DNA from: Macrostomum hystrix
Lineage: Eukaryota > Animalia > Platyhelminthes
Direction: 5' to 3'
Assembly (NCBI GenBank): GCA_950097015.1
Contig: CATNEN010000008.1
Location: 1,054,001-1,118,000, forward strand
Length of the DNA stretch: 64,000 nucleotides
Part shown: piece by piece, positions 36,701 through 49,399 of the stretch
Position numbering within the stretch: the stretch's first letter is position 1
How the letters are laid out: every line of letters begins with the position of its first letter
The notes under the pieces: model-generated
Database searches by the model: none
Told to the model about the DNA's origin: nothing
Seen by the model: the letters and a program-made list of their open reading frames with translations, nothing else
Made by a program: the position numbers and the translations under genes

Positions 36701-38397
36701 GGAATAAACTGTCTATCAGTTCACTTTATATCAAAACACACTGGATGCAAGACAAGGCAACTTACCTGCCAATTATCAATATCGTGTGTAATGACAACTG
36801 GCTTATATGGTCGCTCAAATTTCTCTCTGAACTCTTCAAGAGAAGTTGAGCGGGAGTCGATTCGTTCCACATTGTCCTTCACAGATGAGATACCCACATC
36901 TAAGGTGGCCTTGTAGTTGTATGCCTCCCAGTAGTTTTGGCCATCTTTGTATAGCTCTAGGCAAATAAAGAGTAAGAAACATCACATCATTTAGAAGTAG
37001 GTTTGTTTTTTAAGTCCTTGATATGATAATGATGACTTTTTTGCCAACTTCATTAGTTTAGGTGTAAAGCTACTTAATAAAATTATATGTATATATTATA
37101 AGTGGTAAGTGAATTACATACAGAATATTATCAATATTTTAAGCTTGTTATTATCTTGAGGGTGACATAGGTCTAACAAAGTAAAAAGTAAAAAAATTGA
37201 ATATTTGATTGATAAGCTACTGCAACATAGTCCTAGTCTACTATAATTTTAGAATTTTAAGCACTGCAAAACTAATCCTTAGCTAAGAGTAGCTAATAAA
37301 AGCTTAGTATAAATATAATAAGACTAGCTAAGTAGTCATTGCAACATATCAGCATCAGATAAAGAAATTATTAAATACAATTTCGGTAGGCCTAAACCCT
37401 TCTTTTTCTTTAAAGTTTAGAGGGAAAATTCTTTGAGAAAACTTAAAATAACAAATATGAAACATAACGAAAGATAACAATTTCATAACAAATTCTGAAT
37501 CAGATAAACTTTCTATATAGCTTAAGTATAGTCATGACTAGACCTACTTAGATTCATAGCAAAAATCATAACATACAGATTTAATGTTAGATATAGCTAC
37601 AAGCTAGTTCTTGAGTAAAAATATTTGGCTCATCAAGCTAACTAACAATATAAAAACTGGTCACCGAAATGTCTTATCACCAAAATGACCTGGGACCTAA
37701 AAACTAATGTTTAGTTTCTAATTACATATAAATTTTGTTTTTTTGGAGCTACTACTATAGGTACAGGGGATGGATTTATTATTACTATTATTTGCAAGAG
37801 TGCTATGGGCACTCCTTGGTGACACTTGACCCACAGCTAGTGAGTAGGTAATTCTGCCCATTTCACTGACTCCTGAGCACACACATACACAAATACAGTA
37901 GGCCTAGGCCTACTGTACACAGGCACACACACAGGTGTATATATCTGCTTGACTTTCTCATTGTCATGCATTGTACACTTCACTGTGCTGTGCCTAGGTC
38001 ATAAATTGCACAACAAGCCCACAAGCCTTCTCTCCTCAGCTGCACCCCAAATAAATGTGGCCTTGCAGCAGAATTGAACTTAGGGACCATAGTGCAAGAG
38101 GCAAACAGGTTAACAGCACAGCCACCAACCCCCACAGGTGTTGGATAGAGGGCCAAGACTAAATCTATTTACTGAAAAACTCTAAAATATTATTTCTAAA
38201 TCTAAACACTGAACTCTAAATCATGCTCCAACAGTTATGAGCTAGGGCCTACAGACTTAGGTAACACATTCACTTATTAGCTAGATAAAGATTCATATAA
38301 GCTTGAAGTACACTGGACAATAGCTTGTTAATTTCTTACCAGGCCTAGCACGTGTTTTAGCATCCCATATTCGTTTATGATAGTTGCTGGCAGGCAT
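33733..38397 (-). CDS. JMJD6: JmjC-domain hydroxylase/demethylase JMJD6 (PSR), 404 aa; exons 38397-38340, 36956-36766, 35713-35501, 34485-33733
   Basis: Exon 1 [21 protein letters not shown], then [85 protein letters not shown]-hook-like KRGRPK and a poly-Ser tail. All phases are consistent. Confidence 0.95.
34768..35368. repeat. 31-bp minisatellite in JMJD6 intron 3
   Basis: Unit CTCAGTGGACTGGGGAGTCTAGTACACGGTC. Confidence 0.95.
35800..36590. repeat. 28-bp minisatellite in JMJD6 intron 2
   Basis: Unit CCAACTACCAGCCTACAACTGCCATACG. Confidence 0.95.
37850..38135 (-). mobile_element. SINE family 2 copy (in JMJD6 intron 1)
   Basis: Shares CTGCCCATTTC.CTGACTCCTGAGCACAC, AAGCCTTCTCTCCTC.GCTGC.CCCCAAATAAATGTGGCC and GAGGCAAAC..GTTAAC with 45110-45385. 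Confidence 0.65.
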
Positions 38398-39414
38398 ATC
38401 GCTATAGGCCTATCTGAGACTTTAGATTTTAGATTTTGATATTGAGATATACTCAGTTAGCAAAACTAACTAGCAAACGGTACACTGAAGCCGTTTCTAT
38501 AATGCTTTTAATATTTCTTTCTGCAAAAAATTAAAAACACGGTGTGGAGTGAAATTCCGTTGTAAAAGCTCGATATCTGTTTAGTATTGGCCTAGTGTAG
38601 CCCTGGTCAAGTGAAAAATCATTCACACCGGTCATAATTATTAAAGTTCTTTGATTATCATGTTTCAAACCGGCGCACTTCACTCTACACATAGGGACTT
38701 GCAGTTTTTTGAGTTTTACAACAAAAAATATAAACACAATACAAGCAACCCACAATTATAAAGCGACAGCTTCACAGCTGCACTTTACTAATAATATTTA
38801 AATTGCAAAGAACTTACCAAACTTACTAAACTGAGCATGCAAGTTTGCATACAGATTTAAGATGCATGAAAAAAATTGCGGTTAATTTTTAGATGGGCAT
38901 CGAAATCGTCGAAATTTTATTTTATGTTTCATTACAAATTACAAATTCCTGTGCGAAATGAAATATATTTTTCACGCGCAACTTTAGCTAGTTGGAAAAT
39001 GGGTTGGTAAGCTTTTTAAGCAAATATGGAACATTTCTAGAAAAATTACTATTGTTGCACCATTAAATTCTATTAGCCAGGGTTTGAGCGAGGGCTCACA
39101 AGCTTCAGAGAAGTAAATTTCGAGTACACTATCGTTTTTCAAAATGTCTGAGCTTTATCTAAAATTTCCCGCGCTTCGAAATTATGCATTGTCTAGACGG
39201 ATTTTTTTCTCGATTGAGAGAAAGTATAATTTATCGCTTAGGTATAATTATGTATTTTTCTAAATAGATAGAACATATTGATCAGTGAAAGATCAAGTTG
39301 GAGTAATGTAAATAACAAGTGGATAATCCTACGATTTTCCTGCCATCAGATAGAGAGGGTTCTGAGCTTAGTAGGAGACAATCCAAAGCGTGTTGTGTTT
39401 TATGACATAGCTGA

Positions 39415-39575
39415 CATTGAGTAATGTCCCACCAACCCTCAATTACCCCAGCTGAGAAGCAATGCAGTTGAGTGTCTTGTTAATGGACAATTGCTAATTT
39501 TTCCCGAAGAGTCGGGCAACGAACCCCCAACCATCAAGACGGGACTCAGACGCTCTATAACCACTAGGCCACAAA
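39415..39575 (-). mobile_element. SINE family 1 copy (head and body)
   Basis: Reverse complement has A-box TGGCCTAGTGG, B-box-like GGTTCGTTGCC and CAACTGCATTGCTT..CAGCTGGGGTAATTGAG matching 27850-27915. Confidence 0.6.
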
Positions 39576-42099
39576 ACTTTTGTGAATTTATCTGTGTGCA
39601 ATGGTTTCATCACACTGCATCAAATGGCGAAGGTGTGATAGACTCGGAAAGCTAGCTGAACAAGTTTCAGCTGAATGTGTCCATATTTTTCCTGTCGGGC
39701 GGAAAACGACCCTTTAAAACGGATGCTCATAGTTTAGACTAATGACAGTTGTGTTCTATCGGTTCTCTGAAAAAACTGGACCATCGGCTGCAGCAGTTCA
39801 GCTCGTTTAGGGAAAAGCTGGTTCACCGTAGACTATAAATATAAGACTGCATGACTTTCATTTCTCACCCCACTGTTCCCTAAGAGAAGAGGATGGGATG
39901 CCAGCGATTCGCTGCCTGCCTGACTGTTTACAATCGCTAGCTAGGATTGGATTTTATGACACCTCGCATCGGTTAGCGGTCTCTCAGAGAAAAAAAGTTT
40001 AGCACAATCCCACACAGGCTGCAGGTGTAGCCAAAAGAAGAGTGGAAAGCGCTCTCAGCGTGTGAACCTCTCAGCAGCCCGCTCACTTTCTGGACCGTTG
40101 TCCCAGTTTTCTCACGGCATGCTATAGCAGGCTGCAGAGTATTTGAAAATCTATTGTCTGCTTCCCTGATAGTGAAGAAGAAATGCCTCAGACTTATGGG
40201 CAATAGAAATTATTAAAAAGATAAATTCGTACTTGTATTTTTTGGTCGAAAGCCACATGTGTTTGCATCGTGCGCAGTCTGAGCGGATGGAACTGTATAA
40301 CAAAGCTGAGTGCCTATGCGAGATAGGCCAGCTGGATGCCAGGTCCATGCATGTGCACTCGCAGCCTTTGTGCAGCACACAAAATAATTGGCTCGCCTTA
40401 TCAATCCGGCAGATCAGAAGCTGTGGCGTATACCATGCAGTCGCGGTGCCGTTCAAAGTTTTGTTAGGGCCAACGCCTTCCACTCTCTCTAATCTATCTC
40501 CTCGGTTTCCATCGAAACCCGCCGCTCTCTGTTCGTTCCAGGCGCAGCCTAGGCGAGTGCGATTTCCAAAGCAAAGCAACTTGCCGTCAGTCTGTCTGCG
40601 GGTTGCCCCAAGTCAGCGGGGGGAGAAATGCCTCCGCCGCGGCTAGACGAGGGAAAGTAGTCCCCGATTCCAGTCACGCAGCACCCGTTGCACCCCATTC
40701 TCCTTCACGCACAACACAGGCCACAATCTAAGCATCGGTCATTTCCTTTGTAGTTAGTAGAGAAAAACGACGCGAAGCAAACACACAGTGCGAATCTTTT
40801 TCCTAATTCTGTCAGCGCTATTCCAGCCTATTAGTAGGCGCATCGGCCTGATCTGCAGCGACGGAAATTTTAACGAAAAATAACTAGGAAAGATGGAGAG
40901 TCACAGAGAGTTGATACGAGAAACCCAAGTGTTAACAAGGCCAAAAACACCGGCACACATGCCTGCCACTTATGCAGCTTGTACTAACATGGGCTATTTC
41001 ACTCCAGCAAGCAGAGATATTCGCCATGGTGACTTGGGAACACGGCTTCTGCATGGATATTTGTGAGGCCTGTGGCATCCCATTTGATGCATCGCTGGCT
41101 GGCCTTGAGCCTCGATCCCACCGCCTCCTTCGACATCGGCACGGGGGCAGGCCAGCCAATGCTGACTCTGCGATTGCGTCCCCACCCCAGGTTCTTTCGA
41201 ATTCCACAGTCAACCCCCTCTCTAGCGCGCTGCTTGGCCAGATAATTGGCCGTCCTATGCTTTTTCTCCTTCAAAAACTAATTTTTGTTCACTATCCCGC
41301 ACTCCGCCTCGCTGTTGGTCTCTCCAAACTGCTTTTCCAGCTTCGATTCTTGGTCTCCGCGAGCGCCGCTTGATTATTTTGCTTTTCTATTCCGAGCGCT
41401 CGCCTTGTTCCCGCCTCTCCATCTCCGATAGTTCCCTCACCACCCGCTACTCGCAATTGCGTCGGGCATATAAGCGGTCCACTCTCTTGTCCGGCAGATG
41501 ACATATTTGGACATTGGCTGGTCGCGCTCCTTGAGATTAAACGCACGCAAAGTTTCCTTAATTCCTCTCTACGCCTTCTCGCTTTGTTTTCCCATCGATT
41601 GATCAAGCGATCGCTTTGATTCATCGGCTGTCAACTAGAAGTCGCAGAGGGGCAGCCACAAGTTTGCCAAAATTGTGCGCACTTGTGTGTGGGCGGATCA
41701 AGGACCTTAAATTAATCGTGTATAAATTCAACGCGACCAAACAACGAAAGCGATTAATCGTAGTGAGGAAGAATTGGTGGCTAGGTGATACCCCGCCAAA
41801 CAGAGCTAATTAAGCGATCCGTCATACACTATAGCCTCTGATTTGTACTTGCACTTCCGGTGAGTTGATTTATTTCTGTGTCTCCTTATCTTGCACCTGC
41901 TTTTTTATCACCATGTCTTGCTTGAAGATGAGACGATTGCTGCACCAATAATACAAATGCATGCATTTTGGCATGTCCATCTCTATAAGCACGTTGTAAC
42001 CCATGTCCCTAAGGAGATCTGATCGTCACCACTGTAAGACATCAGATGCCCTGATCCCACCCCATTTCAGATGTCTTGACTCACATCCCTACGAGACTT

Positions 42100-42885
42100 T
42101 ATGGTCCAGGTGGCTATAAGATTTTTTATCCCAATCCCTATGAGATGCTGCGATCCCAGTCCACATGCGATGTTGTGATCCCAGTCCCCATTAAATGCTG
42201 TGATCCCAGTCCCTCCCTATGTGATGCTGTGATCCCAGTCCCCATAAGATGCTGTGATTCCAGTCTCCATGAGATTCTGTGATCCCAGTCCCCATGAGAT
42301 GTTGTGATCCCTGTCCCCATTAAATGCTGTGATCCCAGTCCCCATGAGATTCTATGATCCCAGTCCCCATGTGATGCTGTGATCCCAGTCCCCATGAGAT
42401 TCTGTGATCCCAGTCCCCATGTGATGTTGTGATCCCAGTCCCCATTAAATGCTGTGATCCCAGTCCCCATGAGATGCTGTGATCCCAGTCCCCATCTGAT
42501 GCTGTGATCCCAGTCCCCATGAGATTCTGTGATCCCAGTCCCCATGAGATGCTGTGATCCCAGTCCCTCCCTATGTGATGCTGTGATCCCAGTCCCTCCC
42601 TATGAGATGCTATGATTCCAGTCCCCATCAGATGCTGTGATCCTGCAGTCCCTATGAGATGCTGTGATCCCAGTCCCCATGAGATGCCGTGATCCCAGTC
42701 CCTCCCTATGTGATGCTGTGATCCCAGTCCCTCCCTATGTGATGCTGTGATCCCAGTCCCCATGAGATGCCGTGATCCCAGTCCCTCCCTATGTGATGCT
42801 GTGATCCCAGTCCCTCCCTATGTGATGCTGTGATCCCAGTCCCTCCCTATGTGATGCTGTGATCCCAGTCCCCATGAGATGTTTT
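42100..42885. repeat. 25/30-bp minisatellite
   Basis: Unit GATGCTGTGATCCCAGTCCCCATGA, with a CCCTCCCTATGT variant. Confidence 0.92.
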
Positions 42886-44717
42886 CATACACAATTAGAT
42901 GTGAATTGCATCCCTCTGACATCTCTTGGTCCCCCAAAGCAATGAGATGTCCTGATTCTTATTCGGATGGCAAATCCTGCTGCCTTTTTTCAGCACTAAT
43001 AATACAACTCGCAACCGAACTGAAAATCTCTGAGAATTATCACAATATATGATTTTTTTCCTATCGAGGATTGTCAAATTTGGGAGCTTCTGGAACTAAG
43101 ATATGTAAAAGTATATAGTTTGCGAAATTCCCGTCTGCTGTGTAAATTTAGCTAATAAAAGTTCACCAGCACTACTTTATCAGTAGCAGAGTGAAGGCGG
43201 TAATGCTACACCAAGGCTGTGGGCTGTTTTGTCTGGCTTGGAGAAACGCGCAGCGAATGATTTAGTGGAGTCATTGCGTGGCAGCGGCCCCTGTCACAAA
43301 TCCATTAAAAAGCAATGGAGCCAAGCGGGTTTCACGGAGCACACGTGGTCAGAAAGGCAATGTTATCATTCCGAATAGATTTTCTGAAACAGACTTGCCG
43401 TAAAAATTCCTTCCGCAAAGAATAAAAGAAGGCCTGGACTAAAGTGCCGGCCTTCAAGCGCCATTCAAGCTCCGAAATACCTGACAAGGAGTGGAGTGCC
43501 TTTTGTCAGCTTTGGGCACAGGGGGCGAACGCTACTGGATTCGATTCATTCTTGATTGCGTCGTCTCCTTCTGTAAGCCATCATTTTGCCATTAAGTCTC
43601 GTTGAGCCATAGAAACCAGTTGTCGACCGCGCTTTGACTTTTTCGCGATCATTTTCAGGTAGGCAAATGAGGATGCAATGACCCGCTGGGCCAATAGACG
43701 CGAAGTATTAGTGAAATTGAATTGGGAACATTCCTACGCGAACATTCCTACAGTGAGATGGGATTTGAGGCTATTTTAGATTGCCAATGCCTAATTTATT
43801 TTACTTTTCGAGTTGGAATTCGCATATAGCAACAATCCACCATGTCAGCACGTTCTCAAGGCGCCTTTGACGAGAAAGTTGACTTAGAAAATGCCCATGC
43901 AGCTCTGCCAATTCAGTATGAGAAAGTCAAACATGCCCTAAGAAATTCCTGACCCTCGTCAAACAAGTCAAGCAGTCCATCGGTCACAAGGTGACTTTTG
44001 ACTCTTTTTGGCGAAGAATGAAGCCACTTAGGGCCGGGTGAAATTGTGCAACATTTGTAAATGCCTGAAAGTGATGGAGAGCGGCGCTGTTTGCGGCCGA
44101 TGGAAATTGAGTAAACGTGTCACGTCTAGAACAATTAAGAGGGCCCGACGTTGCAGACTTGCAGCCAGCGGTGACCGCCACTCAACTGGCCTTCCCGAAA
44201 GCACCCAGCTGTCACGGGGGCCATTATTTTCATGGCCCAGATTTTTTTATTCAAGAATCTCACCCCAAACTGATCGAGAGATGCCAGGAGCTAAGTGGAG
44301 GCCGGCAGGGCAGCAAGCCAATGGCAGACTGCCAACACCAGCCTACCCCAGAAATTTCCCCAACCTCCGCTCGCCATAGGAAGAGACCGAAACGGCGCGC
44401 ATTTGTCTCCCCTCAGCAGGTTTTTAGACGCCAGAAAATTAAAAGTCAGGCGCCACCGCGGAGAGACAAGACGTTTAAGGAGGCTGGAGCGGACAATCGC
44501 TGTCGGATTATAGCGTTAATCGACTCCCCGACCCGAACAGAAGTAGGCACTGCTGTCTCACTCAGAGCCAATAAAGTCACAACAAGAGACACCAGACAGA
44601 CAGACGGGCCGGCAGACAGCCAGGCAGACAAGCAGACAGAGAAGCAAGTGGCACCCAGAAAGAGAGAGAAAGACCGACTCTAGCCTAGAATTTATAACCA
44701 GCGCATTAAAACCGCAG

Positions 44718-46860
44718 ATGCAGCTACCTCGCGGCGTCTCACCACAGCTGCTGCTAATTCAGCTCCTGCCGGTGTTCCTACTGACCAGCGCAGCCGAGGC
44801 GACGAGTCAGAAGCCTCCGTTGCCGCATTCGCCAGCCGAACTTCTTGCCATGGCGGCAGCTAGAAGCCCAACATCACCGCCAATGACAACAGCGACAACG
44901 CGTCAGCCAGCGAGTCGGCTATCCGCCAGCGAGCACATGTACCGCCTGTACCGCTTGATGCGTGACGACCCCCATGACCTCCAGCTCGGGCCTGTGGACG
45001 GCGCCCCGGACATTACGGGCCCCGTTGGCTCGGTCATTAGTCACAGCCTCATTGGTGAGCTACGTGGAGCCCGACTTCGTGCTCTGACCCGTACGAATAA
45101 TAATAATAGTAATATTCTGCCCATTTCGCTGACTCCTGAGCACACATACAAATAGATACTGTACGCAGGCACATGCTCACACAGGTGTATACATCTGCAT
45201 AGACTTTCTCATCGTTAGGCAGTGGATGCTTCACTGTGCCTTGGAGGTTGGCCCTCAAGGTAGTAAACAAGCCCCGAAGCCTTCTCTCCTCGGCTGCGCC
45301 CCAAATAAATGTGGCCTCGCCGCGGAATCGAGCTCAGAGACCTTGGTGCGAGAGGCAAACGCGTTAACCGCTCTGCCACTCACCCAACTGACTGAGGTGG
45401 AGAAATCCAGTAGAGATCAATATCGCGCCCGCCTGGAAACTAGAGCCCATCCATGACAGCTAGTCACGAAAGTAATAGACAAAGGTTGAATCAATTAGAC
45501 CAGCCTCAAAATATTTACTATTCACGGAGTAATAACAGGCCAACAAAGGACCCAAAGATAGCAATCTTTGTTTTTAGACAAACCCAAAATTATAAGTGAC
45601 TTGGCAAAGAAGCCTTGCTTAGGCCCTAGAGTGGAATGTAGGCAGTCCAATTCCTTAATTATTCACGATAGACAATTCCACGAATAAAACGAGTGTTTGG
45701 TTCTGTTTAACTGATGGCACGATCGCGTGAGGTAGGTGCGTGGGACCACCCTCGGGATGGCTTGGTCCCAGATCCCAGGAACAAAATTTGAATGAATAAT
45801 CAGTTTTAGAGTTGCAGTTGACATAAGATATCCATTTATGCTTTGATGGAGAAGAAAGCTAAATAATCATCTAAGCTTCATTCGATTTCTGCAAATCTCT
45901 CTTTACCCAACATGGGTAACATGGGTTCATTAGAATTTCACTAGACTTTTAATCACTTTTTCCTTCTTTTATGTATCTTAATAATACCCTGCTTCCTCTC
46001 AAATCCTAGTAGAATCACCCGAAGCCATGGTCGCCACCTTCAACGCTTCGTCACCGGAGACAGCGGAGCTGCTGGCCGCAGTGCAGCTCCGGCTCAGTCG
46101 CCGCGGCCTCGGCCTGGATAGACGAGGCCGCAGACTACTCGCTCACCGAGTGATCGCTCACGTGTGCGAGCGTCATGCCGGTGCGGGTCTCCTGCCAGCC
46201 CATGCCAATGAGCTCGCCGTCCAGCTGGATGGACACGAGTTCGAATCCTGCCGCAAAGCTGGCAACGGCAAAGTGACTGTCCGACTTGCTGTGCGACCGA
46301 CAACCTCCGACGCTGTCGAAAATTGGATGCCGAGCGCGTCGATTCACTCCAGACGTCGACGCGAGATCGGTGAGCCGCCGCAGCTTGTGACCTATCATCG
46401 GAGTCGGCAGCGCCGCGAGGTCCGACACTCCGCCAATAGGAGACGGCGTCGCGAGGGAGGCGGCGGCAGTGGTGGAAGTGCCAAACGGAGACGCCGCCAG
46501 AGCAGCTCCTCGCAGCAGCTGCGTCACGTCAGCTCCGACCTCAGCGCCGTTTGCCAGCGTCGTCCGCTGTACGTAGACTTCGCTGACATCGGCTGGGACT
46601 CCTGGATCGTCGCGCCGCAGGGCTTCGATGCCGGCTCCTGCGCCGGCCAGTGCCCGTTCCCGTTGAGCGATATCTTCAACGCCACAAATCACGCCATCCT
46701 GCAGATGACACTGCACAGCAGCCGGCCCTCGCGAGTCAACCCGCCGACCTGCGTGCCAGCCAAGCTGCGGCCCAAGACGCTCCTTTACCAGGGCAGTCAC
46801 AATGAGATTGTACTCAAGACATTCGACGAGATGGAAGTTGAATACTGTGCCTGTCGGTGA
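44718..46860 (+). CDS. TGF-beta family ligand, BMP2/4-like, 394 aa; exons 44718-45054 and 46013-46860
   Basis: Exon 1 encodes a signal peptide and prodomain (HMYRLYR). Donor G|GTGAGC and acceptor TAG|AA are both phase 1. Polybasic furin sites precede the ligand CQRRPLYVDFADIGWDSWIVAPQG...CAGQCPFPL...NATNHAILQ...CVP...CACR. Confidence 0.92.
45110..45385 (-). mobile_element. tRNA-derived SINE-like element, family 2 (in the BMP intron)
   Basis: Reverse complement begins GGTGAGTGGCAGAGCGG (A box)...GAGCTCGATTCCG (B-box-like). Aligns by eye with 37850-38135 and with a head-only plus-strand copy at about 32945-33012. Confidence 0.65.
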
Positions 46861-47097
46861 TTTTACCCCGCACCCTCTGAGCCTCTCTGAGCACCATCTC
46901 CTGGTGAATCTAGCAAATTTCAGACGCTTTGCTGAAATGGCTTAGGATTAAAGAGCAGAACATTTCGGATGATTGCATAAATTGATTCTGTATCGCATCC
47001 AGTCAAGATTTTAAAACTCGGCCTGAGAGAATGCAACATCGGCTAAGTCTTTGTCTAAAATTTCAGCCTAGTTTTTCATAGCTTGCTTTGACGTAGA

Positions 47098-47103
47098 AAT
47101 AAA
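47098..47103 (+). terminator. Putative polyadenylation signal of the BMP-like gene
   Basis: AATAAA about 240 nt after the stop at 46860. Confidence 0.35.
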
Positions 47104-48246
47104 GCAAACTAATTTAGCAAAAACTGATTCAGAGAGTCGGAGAGAACTTGAGAGCGTATCAGCAGCGGGAAGGAACCGTTTCTATGTGAATAAGGCCGTT
47201 AAAAAACTGCGGCTCAGAAAGCTTGCTTCCTCTGTGCAACAGACATCACTTGTGTTCTGGCTTACTATTTTACCTCTCTTCTTCCGGCCTTTCTATTCGG
47301 TTTTTCTGCTCGCTTAACGATTTCTCATTCGCCAGTCTCGAAACTGACAAAAGGAGAGATGATTTCTGCAATGGATTAAGTCACAGCGCCGCTCCCATCC
47401 TCATATGAGCGATCAATTTAGCATACTCATCTGCTCACCGCACTGCTTCTTTCGAAGAATTCTTCAAATCACAAGTCCCTACCTCGTGCTTCTATGTTGA
47501 CATGCAATTTTTTTTACTCAACGCACCGCGTTATTTAGCAAATATCCCCCTTGTCTTCGACCGCCGAACTGTGTCTGTCCAGTGGTCGTGTATCTTTTGC
47601 TCGATATATATTTATTTTACGGCTTGAATGCGTCATTTAGAGTGGTATTTGATGAAACTGTACCTCAACCAGTCAAATTTATATACAGGATAGCGAAAAC
47701 AATTTACTGAAATCCCATCACCTAATTATCCTGTAATAATCCTAGTTTTTGTACTATTGAACAAAACTGGATATTTCAGTTACCAACTTTTTCAAAGGAT
47801 TTCAGCTTTTGATTCGCACAAACGACTCTAAGTTAAAGCTTAGGCTGACACGCGTACTCATCAGTCTCATTGGTATTATTTTTTTATCGTTTTGGCATAA
47901 GTTCAAATTGAAAAGCTTTGTTTTTGTCTCAACTCGCATAACTTGATGCACTAATGTGTACATCTCGCGAGTCTGTGCATGTCGTTGTAAATGTTTACTA
48001 CGAGTTACGTTATTTTTTTGTTTAAAACAAACGCAAATCTGTCACTATAGCCTCCTTAAAGACTGATTCGAAATTGGTATCACCGGCACAATTTAATTAC
48101 GATAACCTCAGACTGCACTGTGAAAATATCTGGCACCAGTTTGAAGTTTAAAAGTTTCTTCTTGTTTTTTTTTCACTGACAAAAACACAAAATAAAGCTG
48201 TTTGCGAAACAAATTAAAGTCATTGTGCTTCTTTTCGCATGCCTGC

Positions 48247-48247
48247 C

Positions 48248-48319
<72 letters not shown>

Positions 48320-48343
48320 GCCTGTCTGTCTGTCTGTCTGTCT
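48247..48343. repeat. (GTCT)n microsatellite
   Basis: About 24 units. Confidence 0.97.
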
Positions 48344-49399
48344 TTACCTCTCCACCCCCATGCAAAGCTATCTAATTGCAGTCGCAGCACTGGAAGGCAG
48401 TGCCCTAGCTGCATACTGCAAGCATAGCAGTCCACACACTGGACCAACCAGCGCTGCCGATTTGCATTTTTGTATCAAAAATCCCTAAACTACAGGCATG
48501 TTCTTATTGCTAAAACATTCTTTCAATTTCAGGCCTCAAAGGTCAGAGTTTTTTAATGTAACAAGGGACAAACAAGGCGACACACTTTGTTCGTCGGATG
48601 ACTCAGGAAAATTACCATATTTTCCGTTCCATTAGGCGATCCGCTGCAGTTGATTCCGAATGATGGCGAGTTACATAATTTGCTGCTTTATCGACAACGA
48701 TCTGCAACTGGCTGTTCTGTTTGCGGAAAATAATTTCAATTTAAAGCAAAAATGACTGACAGAGCATAGTGGCTGAGTAAAATATATCTAATTATCTAAC
48801 TGATGAGGATCTGCAATCTCAATACTGGAATCAAGATTCATCACTGTGAGTAGCCTGCCCGCTAAAAACTATAATTTAGTAGTTGCTGAAGAGTCTTCGG
48901 TCAGACTCAATGATTGGTAATTCTGCTGGCTATGCGATTGGCATGTAGAAGTGCTGGATATGCATGCAAATTACTCTACCCTGTCAGATAACTCGGCCAG
49001 TGATAAGAGCATCTAACTTCTGAACGACAGGTCTTTGAAAAATACAGCTTGATGCTGTTCACTCCATGGACTGGGATCTAGGTATTTCTATTACAATATA
49101 CTAAAAAGTAAAAGTGTGTGTGTGTCAATTGACTTAATGTAAAAAGAGGTCTCATCGTCGATCTAGCGAATGCATTGTCCGATTTTCGAGATTCTTTCTA
49201 TAAAAATGAGAATGGCTAATGGCCTTGTTCTTTTCATAGCTTAATTTTCTCGATATTTTGAGAGCAGAATATTTTAACAAAAACATGAGAGTAAAAGAAA
49301 ACATTAAAGTAAATATTATAGCTCAATAAAGTTATTTTAATGGATGGCATCTGGTATTATATAAATGGTATGAGGTTTCTAAAGAAAGGCATTTTATTT

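Noticed and set aside
39900-41650. Cluster of overlapping short ORFs on both strands; 41292-41624 was considered as JMJD6 exon 1
   Set aside because: The true JMJD6 exon 1 is at 38340-38397. No domain is recognisable and frames are broken by stops; it is possibly a decayed element and was left unannotated.
44038-44683. ORFs upstream of the BMP start
   Set aside because: No homology or signal; probably 5' UTR or promoter. The BMP signal peptide begins at 44718.
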